From Bacteroidota bacterium (GTDB taxonomy: Bacteria > Bacteroidota > Bacteroidia > AKYH767-A > 2013-40CM-41-45), in NCBI GenBank assembly GCA_043721935.1, contig JAYSPU010000286.1, forward strand, positions 1-38,562: a DNA stretch of 38,562 nucleotides, written 5' to 3'. The notes under the pieces are model-generated. The model worked only from the letters and a program-made list of their open reading frames with translations. It searched no databases and was not told the DNA's origin. A program made the translations under genes and the position numbers. Positions 1-10,232 of this stretch are shown piece after piece (position 1 is the stretch's first letter; every line of letters begins with the position of its first letter).

Positions 1-26
1 ATCAAAAGGTAAGCTGAAAAATAAAA

Positions 27-66
27 GTGCCGGTTAAAAATATTTTTTACCGGCACCTTTTTTATT
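27..66 (+). terminator. Rho-independent terminator-like hairpin, probably ending a gene upstream of the window
   Basis: GTGCCGGT (27-34) pairs perfectly with ACCGGCAC (49-56) around an AT loop. A T-rich run CTTTTTTATTTT follows. An A-run on the 5' side means it could work in both directions. Confidence 0.5.
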
Positions 67-248
67 TTCATTTTGGTTTTTATTTTCTCCTTTTCGCCTC
101 TGTAAAATCATTTTTTTTAAGAACAGAAAATTCTTCCGAAACATCATTTTAAATCCTGCATAAATTGTTCTTTTCAGCAATCTGTGGCAAGAATTTCTTT
201 GGATAAAAATAAAAATGCTTTTATTTGCGCAGATTGATTTGAAAAAAT

Positions 249-2591
249 ATGGCAAAAAATTTAGTTATAGTAGAGTCCCCTGCAAAGGCAAAAACGATTG
301 AAGGCTATCTTGGAAAAGACTTTGTCGTGCGTTCTAGTTATGGACACGTTCGTGACTTGGTGAAGAGCGGAATGGGGATTCAAATCGAAAATAATTTCGA
401 ACCGGTTTATGAAATTAGTCCGGATAAAGTAGAAGTTATTAAAGAGCTTAAGAAACTCACAAAAAAAGCCGAGATGGTATGGCTCGCAACGGATGAGGAC
501 CGTGAAGGGGAAGCCATTTCCTGGCATTTATTTGAAACATTGGAGCTTGATGAAAAGCACACACAACGAATTGTTTTTCATGAGATCACCAAAAAAGCAA
601 TAACTGAGGCTATAAAAAATCCTCGTTCTATAGATAAGAATTTGGTTGACGCACAACAAGCCAGAAGAATTCTGGATCGTCTTGTTGGATTTGAATTGTC
701 GCCTGTATTATGGAAAAAAGTAAGACCACAACTTTCAGCAGGAAGAGTTCAATCTGTTGCTGTTCGATTAATTGTTGAACGTGAAAGAGAAATTGATGCG
801 CATGCAGTTTCTGCTGCATATAAAGTAAGTGCCATTTTTGACATCAATGGAAAAACATTCAAAGCCGATTTGCCAAAGCGTTTTAAATTACGCGAAGAAG
901 CAGAGGTATTTGTAAAAAGCTGTGTCGGCGCTGATTTCAAAGTAAATGATCTGGAAGTGAAACCCGGAAAGCGAACACCTTCCGCGCCTTTTACAACATC
1001 AACGTTACAGCAGGAAGCCTCACGAAAGTTGGGTTATAGTGTTGCACAAACCATGGTGTTGGCTCAGAAATTATATGAGGCCGGAAAAATATCTTATATG
1101 AGAACAGATTCAGTAAATCTTTCTCAGGATGCAACGGATATGGCCAAGACAGCCATTCTTACTAATTATGGAAAAGATTATGTAGAGTTACGTCAATATA
1201 AAAACAAGATTGCTTCTGCACAGGAAGCTCACGAAGCCATCCGACCAACTGATTTTTCAGTAGAAGAAGCAGGTAATGATGCACGTGAACAACGTTTATA
1301 TAGCCTGATCTGGAAGCGTGCAATTGCATCACAAATGTCAGATGCTAAATTAGAAAAGACAGTGGTAACCATTGGTAATAGTAAGAACGATGAAAATTTC
1401 ATCGGCAATGGTGAAGTAATAAAATTTGATGGTTTCCTGAAAGTGTACATGGAAAGTACAGACGAAGAATCTACTGAAGACCAGGACGGATTGTTACCTG
1501 TAATGAAAAAAGGCGATGCACTTTCGTTGATTGAATTAACGGCGACCGAACGATATACCAGTCCGCCGGCACGTTACACAGAAGCGTCCCTGGTAAAAAA
1601 ATTAGAAGAGTTAGGAATCGGTCGCCCTTCTACTTTTGCACCAACTATTTCTACCGTTCAGAAAAGAGGTTATGCAGTAAAAGAAGAGCGACAGGGAAGA
1701 GAGCGGATTTATCATGTCATTCGTTTGAAGGATAATAAAGTGTCACATGAAGACAAAACAGAAATTACCGGAGCAGAGAAAAATAAATTATTCCCGACTG
1801 ACATTGGAATGTTAGTCAACGATTTTCTCGTAGCAAATTTCAAAGAGATCATGGATTTCAATTTCACGGCTTATGTTGAAAAAGAATTCGATGATATTGC
1901 GAACGGCCAGTTGAAATGGCAAAAAATGATTTCTGAATTCTACGGACCGTTTCACGGAACAGTAGTCGTTACCGAGAAAGAATCGGAACGAGTAACAGGT
2001 GAGCGTATATTAGGAAAAGATCCTGCAAGCGGATTAACGGTACTTGTTCGTGTCGGCCGATTTGGACCAATGGCACAGATTGGCGCACAGGATGAAACTG
2101 AAAAACCACGTTATGCGAAATTGAGAAATGAGCAGCGACTCGATCAAATGACACTGGAAGACGCAATGGAGTTATTTAAACTTCCACGACAGTTAGGTCC
2201 TTTTGAAGAGCATGAAGTCAATGTATCGATAGGTCGATTTGGCCCGTATGTTCGTTTGAATGATTTCTTTGTTTCGATGAAAAAAGAAGACGATCCATAC
2301 ACCATCACGTATGATCGTGCAGTTGAACTGATTCTTGAAAAGAGAAAAGCAAATGCAGAGAAAATCATTAAGACCTTTGAAGAAGATAAAGAAGTTCAAA
2401 TCTTAAACGGACGTTGGGGACCTTATGTAGCTTATAAAGACAAGAACATTCGCATTCCAAAAGACAGGGAACCAAAGTCTTTGACACTTGAAGAAATATA
2501 CGTCATGGCAGAGAATGCACCGCCATCAAAAAAGAAAAAAGTAGCAGTGAAGAAAGCAGTGAAGAAACGTGTATTCAAAGCCAAAAAATAA
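249..2591 (+). CDS. topA: DNA topoisomerase I (type IA)
   Basis: 780-aa ORF. Toprim N-terminus LVIVESPAKAKTIEGYLG and acidic motif WLATDEDREGEAISWH. Active-site Tyr context GKISYMRTDS. C-terminal Cys-less GRFGP(M/Y) repeats (GRFGPMAQ, GRFGPYVRL, GRWGPYVAY) and a Lys-rich tail. Confidence 0.95.
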   Translation: MAKNLVIVESPAKAKTIEGYLGKDFVVRSSYGHVRDLVKSGMGIQIENNFEPVYEISPDKVEVIKELKKLTKKAEMVWLATDEDREGEAISWHLFETLELDEKHTQRIVFHEITKKAITEAIKNPRSIDKNLVDAQQARRILDRLVGFELSPVLWKKVRPQLSAGRVQSVAVRLIVEREREIDAHAVSAAYKVSAIFDINGKTFKADLPKRFKLREEAEVFVKSCVGADFKVNDLEVKPGKRTPSAPFTTSTLQQEASRKLGYSVAQTMVLAQKLYEAGKISYMRTDSVNLSQDATDMAKTAILTNYGKDYVELRQYKNKIASAQEAHEAIRPTDFSVEEAGNDAREQRLYSLIWKRAIASQMSDAKLEKTVVTIGNSKNDENFIGNGEVIKFDGFLKVYMESTDEESTEDQDGLLPVMKKGDALSLIELTATERYTSPPARYTEASLVKKLEELGIGRPSTFAPTISTVQKRGYAVKEERQGRERIYHVIRLKDNKVSHEDKTEITGAEKNKLFPTDIGMLVNDFLVANFKEIMDFNFTAYVEKEFDDIANGQLKWQKMISEFYGPFHGTVVVTEKESERVTGERILGKDPASGLTVLVRVGRFGPMAQIGAQDETEKPRYAKLRNEQRLDQMTLEDAMELFKLPRQLGPFEEHEVNVSIGRFGPYVRLNDFFVSMKKEDDPYTITYDRAVELILEKRKANAEKIIKTFEEDKEVQILNGRWGPYVAYKDKNIRIPKDREPKSLTLEEIYVMAENAPPSKKKKVAVKKAVKKRVFKAKK

Positions 2592-2620
2592 TTTGTTTTA
2601 ATTAATTAACCAGACACAGA

Positions 2621-3790
2621 GTGGAATTAGCTGACTTCTTTGAACCATTAGATCCTGCACGTTTTGATCAGTTTGAACAGAGCAAGACCTTAATCGGTCA
2701 TGTGGTAAGCAAATACACAGCTGCAGATCATTTTCCTTCATATGAAGGATATGATATAGCTATACTCGGCGTTGCAGAAGACCGCGGAGCCGTTCACAAC
2801 GATGGTTGTGGTCGTGCACCGGATATTATTCGCGAGAAACTCTACGCATTAAAATTAGCCAGGTATCCTTATAAGATTGTAGACCTTGGTAATTTGAAAT
2901 TAGGCTTGACGCTAAACGATACTTACTCAGCAGTCAGTATGATATTAGTTGAGCTGTTGAAAGCAAAAATACTTCCTGTCATCATTGGTGGAAGTCAGGA
3001 TTTGACCTATGCACAATACATAGCCTATCAAAAACTGGAAGAAACAATCAACATTGTATCAGTCGATGCATCGTTTGACTTAGGTAATACAGATGATCCT
3101 GTTCATGCCAATTCATATCTTGGGAAAATAGTACTGCACGAACCGAACTTCCTTTTCAATTTCAGTAACATCGGATATCAAACCTATTTTGTCGGACACG
3201 AGCAAATTGAATTGATGGAGCGTTTGTACTTTGATGCTTATCGGCTCGGACAAGTGAGACAAGACGTAGAAGAAGCAGAACCAATTGTGCGAAATGCTGA
3301 TTTGCTTTCATTTGATGTCACTGCAATTCGCCAGAGCGATGCACCGGGAAATGGAAATGCATCACCGAATGGATTCAATGGAGAAGAAGCATGTCGTATC
3401 GTACGCTATGCAGGAATGAGTGATAAGCTCTCCAGTTTTGGAATTTACGAGGTAAATCCATTGTTTGATCATCATGATCAAACGTCACATCTGGCAGCAC
3501 AAATGATTTGGTATATGATGGATGGATATTACAACCGCAAACAAGATGTTCCGTTGAAAAACAAAAGCGGATTTATCAAATACAGAGTGCCTATTAAAAA
3601 AGACGATCAGGAAATTGTTTTCTATAAAAGCAGTAAGAGTGATCGGTGGTGGATGGAAGTTCCATTTGCAACTAATAAAGTTCGTTTCCAACGTCACCAT
3701 TTGATTCCTTGTTCGTACAGAGATTACGAAACTGCTTTGAAGGAAGAAATGCCTGAACGATGGTGGCAGGCTTTTCAGAAAATCAGTTGA
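2621..3790 (+). CDS. Arginase/agmatinase/formiminoglutamase-fold protein with apparently degenerate metal-binding motifs
   Basis: 389-aa ORF with a GTG start and no in-frame ATG until about codon 106. Blocks align by eye to ureohydrolase motifs: VIIGGSQDLTY (family GGDH), VSVDASFDLG (family DAHxD), LLSFDVTAIRQSDAPGNG (family SxDxDxxDPxxAPG), FGIYEVNP (family DVVEVxP). It also has a ~90-aa C-terminal extension. Confidence 0.75.
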   Translation: MELADFFEPLDPARFDQFEQSKTLIGHVVSKYTAADHFPSYEGYDIAILGVAEDRGAVHNDGCGRAPDIIREKLYALKLARYPYKIVDLGNLKLGLTLNDTYSAVSMILVELLKAKILPVIIGGSQDLTYAQYIAYQKLEETINIVSVDASFDLGNTDDPVHANSYLGKIVLHEPNFLFNFSNIGYQTYFVGHEQIELMERLYFDAYRLGQVRQDVEEAEPIVRNADLLSFDVTAIRQSDAPGNGNASPNGFNGEEACRIVRYAGMSDKLSSFGIYEVNPLFDHHDQTSHLAAQMIWYMMDGYYNRKQDVPLKNKSGFIKYRVPIKKDDQEIVFYKSSKSDRWWMEVPFATNKVRFQRHHLIPCSYRDYETALKEEMPERWWQAFQKIS

Positions 3791-4058
3791 AAATTTATAT
3801 GGGTTCACTATGTTCATTAGATCTTTTTCCCGACTATAATTTGGTTGGCAAGATGAAGATCTCTCCATGATCTACAATCATTTACAAAGGTTACACTATC
3901 ATTTGTTGGAACAATTCTGAATTCCTTTCAGTATAACCTCTAAAGGAGCATTTAAATTAACAGTTGTGGAATGAATAAATTTTGTTTTCAAATTTAATTT
4001 TTCATTACTTTACCCGCTCCAGGAAATTAAAAACTCGAATAATCAGGCAATCGGAACG

Positions 4059-4985
4059 ATGCACAAAACGCTTACTAAGTTTGTATTATCAATTTTGTTT
4101 TTGACAGGCGGAGTTGCCATTGCGCAACAAGATCCCCAGTTTAGTCAGAACATGTTTACCCGATTATCTGTTAATCCCGGATTTGCAGGAGCAAGCGAGG
4201 CTATTTGCGGTACTTTATTATATAGAAACCAATGGACAGGATTCGGTGGAGAGCCGAAGACAATGTTGTTTACAGCAGATATGCCGATTGAGATATTACA
4301 CGGAGGTGTAGGACTTGCGGTTCATGTTGCAGATCAATTGGGAGCCGAAAAGAATTTAAATATCCGCGGTATGTATGCATACCGAATGGATTTAGGAGCA
4401 GGACGTTTAGGAATAGGAGCAGATTTCGGATATCATCAGAAATCGATCGACGGAAGTAAGTTTGTATTTAATGATGCCGGTGACAATAACATCCCAACCG
4501 GCAACGTTAGTGGTGGAAGTTTCGACTTGGGATTGGGACTTTATTACAATACTGAAAAGCTCTACATAGGCCTTTCAACATCACATCTTCAGGAGGGAAA
4601 GATCAATTACAACAATACCGATTCAAAGCTAGCTAGACATTACTACCTCATGGCAGGATACAGTTTGGATTTAACATCATCACTTACATTAAAGCCGATG
4701 GTCCAGTTAAAATCCGATGCTGTTTCTACACAGGCAGATTTCAATACAAATCTGATGATTAACAATCGGTTTTGGGTAGGAGCTTCGTATCGTTTACAAG
4801 ATGCAATTGTGTTATTAGGTGGACTGGAAATCATCCCAAATCTTAAGCTTGGATATTCGTATGATTTGACAACATCAGACATTCGGACGTATAGTAGCGG
4901 AACACATGAGATTATGATTGGCTATTGTTACAAGCCGTCAACAGTAATAAAGCGTCAATTCCACAGGAATGTAAGATTCTTGTAA
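4059..4985 (+). CDS. porP: Type IX secretion system membrane protein, PorP/SprF family
   Basis: 308 aa. Signal peptide, then AQQDPQFSQNMF, the typical PorP/SprF mature N-terminus. Beta-barrel-like alternating pattern. Sits immediately upstream of gldK, as in other Bacteroidota. Confidence 0.85.
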   Translation: MHKTLTKFVLSILFLTGGVAIAQQDPQFSQNMFTRLSVNPGFAGASEAICGTLLYRNQWTGFGGEPKTMLFTADMPIEILHGGVGLAVHVADQLGAEKNLNIRGMYAYRMDLGAGRLGIGADFGYHQKSIDGSKFVFNDAGDNNIPTGNVSGGSFDLGLGLYYNTEKLYIGLSTSHLQEGKINYNNTDSKLARHYYLMAGYSLDLTSSLTLKPMVQLKSDAVSTQADFNTNLMINNRFWVGASYRLQDAIVLLGGLEIIPNLKLGYSYDLTTSDIRTYSSGTHEIMIGYCYKPSTVIKRQFHRNVRFL

Positions 4986-5129
4986 GAATTGCATAGGTGG
5001 GAAAAATATATCGCTTAGATTTGGTGAAACCAATGATGTAGCCTGACGTTAGAAAAGGTTAAATCTGGTATTCAAGTATTGAGTTAATAGAAACGTTATT
5101 ACGAAACCCATAACATTCATCTTATAAAA

Positions 5130-6416
5130 ATGAATTTCAAGACCTTAGGAGTAAAAAAGTGCAGCTTTATTTATTCCATTGTCCTGTTGGTCTTGACGGC
5201 CTGCGGCGGCGGAAACAAAGGAGAGCTCACCGGCGTTCTTCAACGTGAAAAGTGGTATCAGGCTGATCCGTACGGAATGGTCTTCATTCCATCAGGGTCT
5301 TATACAATGGGACCAAGTGATCAGGATGTACCTTATGCCGTTACCTCTCAAGGTAAGACCATAACACTTCCTGCCTTTTACATGGATAATACCGAAATTA
5401 CAAACAATGAATATCGCCAATTTGTTTATTGGGTGCGGGATTCATTAGCGCACAGGTTAATTGGTGGCGAACACATCATCGACGAAGGTGAATATGGCGA
5501 GCGAATCAACTGGCGAGCTAAAATCAAATGGAATGATGAGCAAAACGATGAGACCTTGGCTGAATTGTTTTTGCCGGAAACTGAGCGTTTTTATCGTCGT
5601 AAAGAAATTGACACGCGTAAATTAAATTTTGAATATTATTGGATCGACCTTCGTGCAGCTGCACAACGTGAAAATCGTGATCAGGGTATGCGTGATCGTT
5701 CTGTATTTATAAAGAAAGACGTTATTAATGTATATCCGGACACGTTGGCTTGGATCCATGACTATACGTATTCATTCCATGATCCATTAACACAAATGTA
5801 TTTCTGGCATCCGGCTTATGATGATTATCCTGTCGTTGGTGTAAACTGGAAACAATCACGTGCTTTCTGTATTTGGAGAACACAATTACTCAATGGTTAT
5901 CTTGCTGAAAGCGGTTCTGCTTTTGCTCAGGATTACCGTTTGCCTTCAGAAGCAGAATGGGAATATGCAGCACGTGGCGGACTCGATTTTTCACCATATC
6001 CTTGGGGAGGTCCGTATATCCGTAACAGTCGTGGCTGTTTCTTAGGAAACTTCAAACCAATGCGTGGAAATTACATGGATGATGGTGGTGTTTATACTGT
6101 AAAAGCTACTTCTTATTGGCCAAATGATTATGGTTTGTATTGTATGGCCGGAAACGTTTCCGAATGGACAAGCAATGCATTTGATGAATCTGCTTACAGT
6201 TTCACGCATGACATTAGTACAAATTATGAGTACGAAGCAAAAGAATCTGATCCACCATCATTAAAGCGTAAAGTACTTCGCGGAGGTTCATGGAAAGATG
6301 TTGCGTACTATCTCCAAACGAGTGCTCGTACTTATGAATATCAGGATACTTCAAAATGTTACATCGGATTCCGTTGTGTCATGAGCTTCCTGGGTCGCGA
6401 CAAAATTGACTATTAA
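5130..6416 (+). CDS. gldK: Gliding motility/T9SS lipoprotein GldK (PorK), FGE-sulfatase (SUMF1) fold
   Basis: 428 aa. Lipobox LLVLTACGG. SUMF1-type motifs RLPSEAEWEYAARGG, LRGGSW, GFRCV. First gene of the conserved gldKLMN order. Confidence 0.9.
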   Translation: MNFKTLGVKKCSFIYSIVLLVLTACGGGNKGELTGVLQREKWYQADPYGMVFIPSGSYTMGPSDQDVPYAVTSQGKTITLPAFYMDNTEITNNEYRQFVYWVRDSLAHRLIGGEHIIDEGEYGERINWRAKIKWNDEQNDETLAELFLPETERFYRRKEIDTRKLNFEYYWIDLRAAAQRENRDQGMRDRSVFIKKDVINVYPDTLAWIHDYTYSFHDPLTQMYFWHPAYDDYPVVGVNWKQSRAFCIWRTQLLNGYLAESGSAFAQDYRLPSEAEWEYAARGGLDFSPYPWGGPYIRNSRGCFLGNFKPMRGNYMDDGGVYTVKATSYWPNDYGLYCMAGNVSEWTSNAFDESAYSFTHDISTNYEYEAKESDPPSLKRKVLRGGSWKDVAYYLQTSARTYEYQDTSKCYIGFRCVMSFLGRDKIDY

Positions 6417-6520
6417 TTAATTACCAGTTCTGACGCTAGTTTTTTTTCCCGAATCCCAACGGGAAAAGAAGCTAACTCGATTATCTAACCAAATATCTAT
6501 CTCAACTAACCAAATTAACT

Positions 6521-7327
6521 ATGGGACTTAGCGAATTAACACAAGGGAAAAAGTTTAAAAATTTCATGGCGAAGCTTTACGGATGGGGAGCTGCGATCGT
6601 GATTGTTGGTGCCTTATTTAAAATCCAACACTGGCCATTTGCAAGTTTCTTTCTTACATTAGGATTAAGTACGGAAGCCGTGATTTTCTTTTTCTCAGCA
6701 TTCGAGCCACCACACGAAGACGTAGATTGGTCTTTGGTATATCCTGAACTTGCAGGAATGGACAATGAGGACCATGGAAAAGGTAAAAAGAAGAAGGCTG
6801 TTGATGGCGTTGCACAACAACTTGACCGCATGATGGCTGAAGCTAAAATAGGACCTGAATTATTAGAAAGTTTAGGGTCCGGTTTACATGCATTAGGTGA
6901 TTCTACCAGCAAACTGGCAGATATGACAGATGCTTCTGTTGTCACAAACGATTATGTGAAGAATGTTTCCAAAGCATCTCAATCGGTTAGTGAGATGACG
7001 AATTCATACACGAAAGCTGCAACTGCCATTGATCAACTTTCTTCATCAACTGAAGAAGTAAGAATCTATAAAGATCAGGTAATGGCAGCTGGTAAAAACC
7101 TGGCAGCCCTTAATGCTGTTTACGAACTTCAATTACAGGATAGTAATGAGCATTTGAAACAAACAGGCAAGTTCTACGATGGTATCAATGAACTTATGCA
7201 AAACCTCAATTCATCACTTGATGATACGAAGAAATATCGTGAAGAGATTACTATGCTCGCGAAAAACCTATCTCAGCTCAATACTGTTTACGGAAATATG
7301 CTTTCTGCAATGACCGTTCGTGGTTAA
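6521..7327 (+). CDS. gldL: Gliding motility/T9SS inner-membrane motor component GldL (PorL)
   Basis: 268 aa. Two N-terminal TM helices (GWGAAIVIVGALFKI, FFLTLGLSTEAVIFFFSAF), then a cytoplasmic helical region. Lies between gldK and gldM. Confidence 0.85.
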   Translation: MGLSELTQGKKFKNFMAKLYGWGAAIVIVGALFKIQHWPFASFFLTLGLSTEAVIFFFSAFEPPHEDVDWSLVYPELAGMDNEDHGKGKKKKAVDGVAQQLDRMMAEAKIGPELLESLGSGLHALGDSTSKLADMTDASVVTNDYVKNVSKASQSVSEMTNSYTKAATAIDQLSSSTEEVRIYKDQVMAAGKNLAALNAVYELQLQDSNEHLKQTGKFYDGINELMQNLNSSLDDTKKYREEITMLAKNLSQLNTVYGNMLSAMTVRG

Positions 7328-7370
7328 TCTGTTGTTCACTATTCTCTAACCAAAAAAACACAGATCAATT

Positions 7371-8999
7371 ATGGCAGGTGGAAAACTAAGTCCAAGGCAA
7401 AAGATGATCAACATGATGTACCTCGTGTTGACAGCCCTTCTGGCACTAAACGTAACGAAAGAGGTTATCAACGCCTTCGTTACCATTAATCAAAGTGTAT
7501 TATTATCAAAAGAAAACATAGACAAAAAAAATAAAAACACGTATGCTGCTTTTGCTCAGGCAATGACGGTTGATGCAACAAAATTCAAAGCAGTAAACGA
7601 TAAGGCAGAAGGAGTTCGTAAAGGGGCTGACGATTTGGTGAAATATATCGAAGATCTGAAAATTGAGATGATAAGAGAAACGGATGAGATTAAAGAAGGA
7701 GTTCCCACTCCGGAACTACCGGATGTTGAACGTAAAGACGATTATGATACTCCAACCCACATCATGGTAGGTAGTGATCAAAATGGTCAGGGTGCAAAAG
7801 CTACTGAATTGAAAAAGCACCTTGAGGATTTCAAGAAAATCATCGTGGCAAATGCACCGGTAGGTACAGAAGAAGATTACAGGAAAAGAATGGATGAATT
7901 GTTAAAGACGAAGAATCCTGAAAAACCGGAAGACGGAAAGCGTACATGGGAAATGCTGAACTTTTATCACAATCCTGTTGTTGCAACTGTCGCTCTCCTT
8001 ACCAAATTTCAAAGTGATGTTCGGAATGCTGAGTCACAGGTTATAGACGAGTTAATAAGTTCAGTCGATAAAAATATTATTAAACTGGATAAGTTAAATG
8101 CAAAGGTAATTCCAAGCAGCACAGTCGTTACGATTGGTAGTGACTTCCAGGCTGATGTGTTTCTTTCAGCTACTTCTTCTACAATGGCTCCTGAAGTATT
8201 CATTGGTGCTACTTATGATTCAGTTAAGAAAGAAATGCGTGGTGGAAATGATAAACCACTTCCTGTTGAAGGTGGATATGCTAAATACAGCGATCGTCCG
8301 GGCTCTGAAGGAGAGAAAAAATGGGGTGGTGTCATTCGTGTTAAAAAACCGGATGGATCATACGACCACTTTCCATTTCAATCTTCTTACGTAGCACAGA
8401 AACCAAATTCTGTTGTTGCTGCCGAACAAATGAACGTGTTGTACATCGGAGTAGATAATCCAATGGCAATCTCTGTTCCGGGTGTATCTAACGATAAAGT
8501 AAAAGTTACTATCAATGGATCAGGCGGAACGTTTCGTCCGAATCCTGAGAAAGGCGGAGGTCACTATATGGCAACGGTTTCAACAGTTGGAAAAGCAACA
8601 ATTACCGTATCTGCTGAAATTGGTGGTAAAGTATTGCCAATGGGAACATTTGACTACAGAGTTAAACGTGTACCGGATCCGGTAGCGGAAATTTCAAATA
8701 GTCGTGGTGGAGGTATTCAGAAAAGTCTGCTTGCTGCAGGCACGCTGATTCCGAAACTGGATAACTTCGACTTCAATTTGTTCTTTAAAATTACAGGATT
8801 CAAGTGTACCATCATTCCACGTGGTAAGGATCTGTTGGAATACGAAGCACAAGGAAATACATTGACACAGCCAATGCGTGATGCAATTGCAAAACTGCGT
8901 ACAGGTGACAAAGTATTCTTTGAGTACATTAAAGCAAGAATGGACAAAGGCGATCCATCGATCCGTAGTCTTGGATCGTTAGGTTTCACCATACAATAA
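7371..8999 (+). CDS. gldM: Gliding motility/T9SS protein GldM (PorM)
   Basis: 542 aa. Characteristic N-terminus SPRQKMINMMYLVLTALLALNV with a single TM, then a long periplasmic region. Position in the gldKLMN order. Confidence 0.85.
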   Translation: MAGGKLSPRQKMINMMYLVLTALLALNVTKEVINAFVTINQSVLLSKENIDKKNKNTYAAFAQAMTVDATKFKAVNDKAEGVRKGADDLVKYIEDLKIEMIRETDEIKEGVPTPELPDVERKDDYDTPTHIMVGSDQNGQGAKATELKKHLEDFKKIIVANAPVGTEEDYRKRMDELLKTKNPEKPEDGKRTWEMLNFYHNPVVATVALLTKFQSDVRNAESQVIDELISSVDKNIIKLDKLNAKVIPSSTVVTIGSDFQADVFLSATSSTMAPEVFIGATYDSVKKEMRGGNDKPLPVEGGYAKYSDRPGSEGEKKWGGVIRVKKPDGSYDHFPFQSSYVAQKPNSVVAAEQMNVLYIGVDNPMAISVPGVSNDKVKVTINGSGGTFRPNPEKGGGHYMATVSTVGKATITVSAEIGGKVLPMGTFDYRVKRVPDPVAEISNSRGGGIQKSLLAAGTLIPKLDNFDFNLFFKITGFKCTIIPRGKDLLEYEAQGNTLTQPMRDAIAKLRTGDKVFFEYIKARMDKGDPSIRSLGSLGFTIQ

Positions 9000-9023
9000 G
9001 TTTAACAAACCAAAGGAGGAAAA

Positions 9024-9878
9024 ATGAAGTCCCGTATCTTATTTGTGATCGTTTTGTCGCTACTAAGCGAATTGGCGTTGTCGCAAAACAACATGGGAGT
9101 ATTGGATGGTGTTTACGTTAAAGAAAACACCATTACCCGCCAAGTGATTCCTTATCCGTATTTACGTGAGGCCGATGTAATGTGGTCAAAACGTGTATGG
9201 CGAATCATCGACTTGAATGAAAAAATCAATCTTCCTTTACGTTATCCGAACAGTAAGCAAACGGCTGATCGTAAGAACCTGATTGATATCATCATCGATG
9301 CCATCACGGAAGGATCTCTCACAGCCTATAGTTATGAGGAGGATGAGTTTACTAAACCCATAACCTTTAAGGAGATTGAAAAAAGAGGCGGCTCCCGTAT
9401 TGATACAACACGACTAACTCGACCCGATCCTCCATACGATGAATACGACACTGTTATTGCGCGTGATTTTAACCGCGATAAAGTAATTGGTTATCGTGTG
9501 AAAGAAGATTGGTTCTTCGACAGACAGCGTTCGGTAATGGATGTTCGCATCATTGGCATTGCTCCTGTAATATTTGCAATGGATGAAAAAGGCGATATCC
9601 GTGAAGGTAACTTCCGAATTCCATTGTTCTGGGTGTACTATCCTGAAGCTCGTAAATTGTTTGCAAACAGCGAAGTATTCAATCGTGAAAACGATGCTGA
9701 ACGCCGTTCGTTTGATGACATATTCCAGAAACGATTGTTCAGTAGTTTTATCTATAAAGAATCAAACGTGTACGACCGTCGTATCGAAGACTATAAAACA
9801 GGTCTGAGTGCATTGCTGGAGTCTGAACGAATTAAAGAACAGATCACCAACTTTGAACACGATATGTGGGAGTATTAA
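9024..9878 (+). CDS. gldN: Gliding motility/T9SS periplasmic protein GldN (PorN)
   Basis: 284 aa. Signal peptide (LSELALSQ). Last gene of the gldKLMN cluster, starting 24 nt after gldM. Confidence 0.8.
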   Translation: MKSRILFVIVLSLLSELALSQNNMGVLDGVYVKENTITRQVIPYPYLREADVMWSKRVWRIIDLNEKINLPLRYPNSKQTADRKNLIDIIIDAITEGSLTAYSYEEDEFTKPITFKEIEKRGGSRIDTTRLTRPDPPYDEYDTVIARDFNRDKVIGYRVKEDWFFDRQRSVMDVRIIGIAPVIFAMDEKGDIREGNFRIPLFWVYYPEARKLFANSEVFNRENDAERRSFDDIFQKRLFSSFIYKESNVYDRRIEDYKTGLSALLESERIKEQITNFEHDMWEY

Positions 9879-9908
9879 AGTTAAAAAGTAAAAGTCAAAA
9901 TATAAGCG

Positions 9909-9945
9909 AAGGCTGCAGAATTAGTTCTGCAGCCTTTGTTGTTTT
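9909..9945 (+). terminator. Rho-independent terminator of the gldKLMN operon
   Basis: AAGGCTGCAGAA (9909-9920), loop TTAG, TTCTGCAGCCTT (9925-9936): a perfect 12-bp stem followed by TGTTGTTTT. Confidence 0.8.
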
Positions 9946-10232
9946 ATCAGGTTTTTCCATTGCTCAATAGCAATCTGTTTTTTTTGATTCGATAATTTAT
10001 AATTAGTAATGCACTTCAGCGAAAATGAAAAGTCAACCAATTTTCTTTATAGTATACTTTTCCTTTTTTTTATTATAAAGAGAAATTTTAAAGTGGAATC
10101 TTCTTTTTGTATTTTATTTTCTCCCTGTCGTCTGAAAGTAAAAAAAGAAATAAAAAAATGTGACGATTTTAATTCACCTTATTTTTAAAATCTAAATGTT
10201 TTTATTTAAGGTAAAGTTAAAAGTATTAGCAG

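Noticed and set aside
34-255. 73-aa minus-strand ORF upstream of topA
   Set aside because: It covers the terminator hairpin and the AT-rich topA promoter region. The peptide is Lys/Phe/Asn-rich and low in complexity, with no motifs.
261-2399. Multiple 60-90-aa ORFs nested antisense in topA, with similar ones inside der, era, the acylase, metK, gldA, rsgA and SulP
   Set aside because: All are embedded in strongly supported long ORFs and have no motifs. They are typical shadow ORFs.
10093-10113. 15-bp match CTTCTTTTTGTATTT between 10098-10112 and 38408-38422
   Set aside because: In AT-rich sequence of this length, a 15-mer match is expected by chance. The second copy lies inside a coding region with no other similarity.
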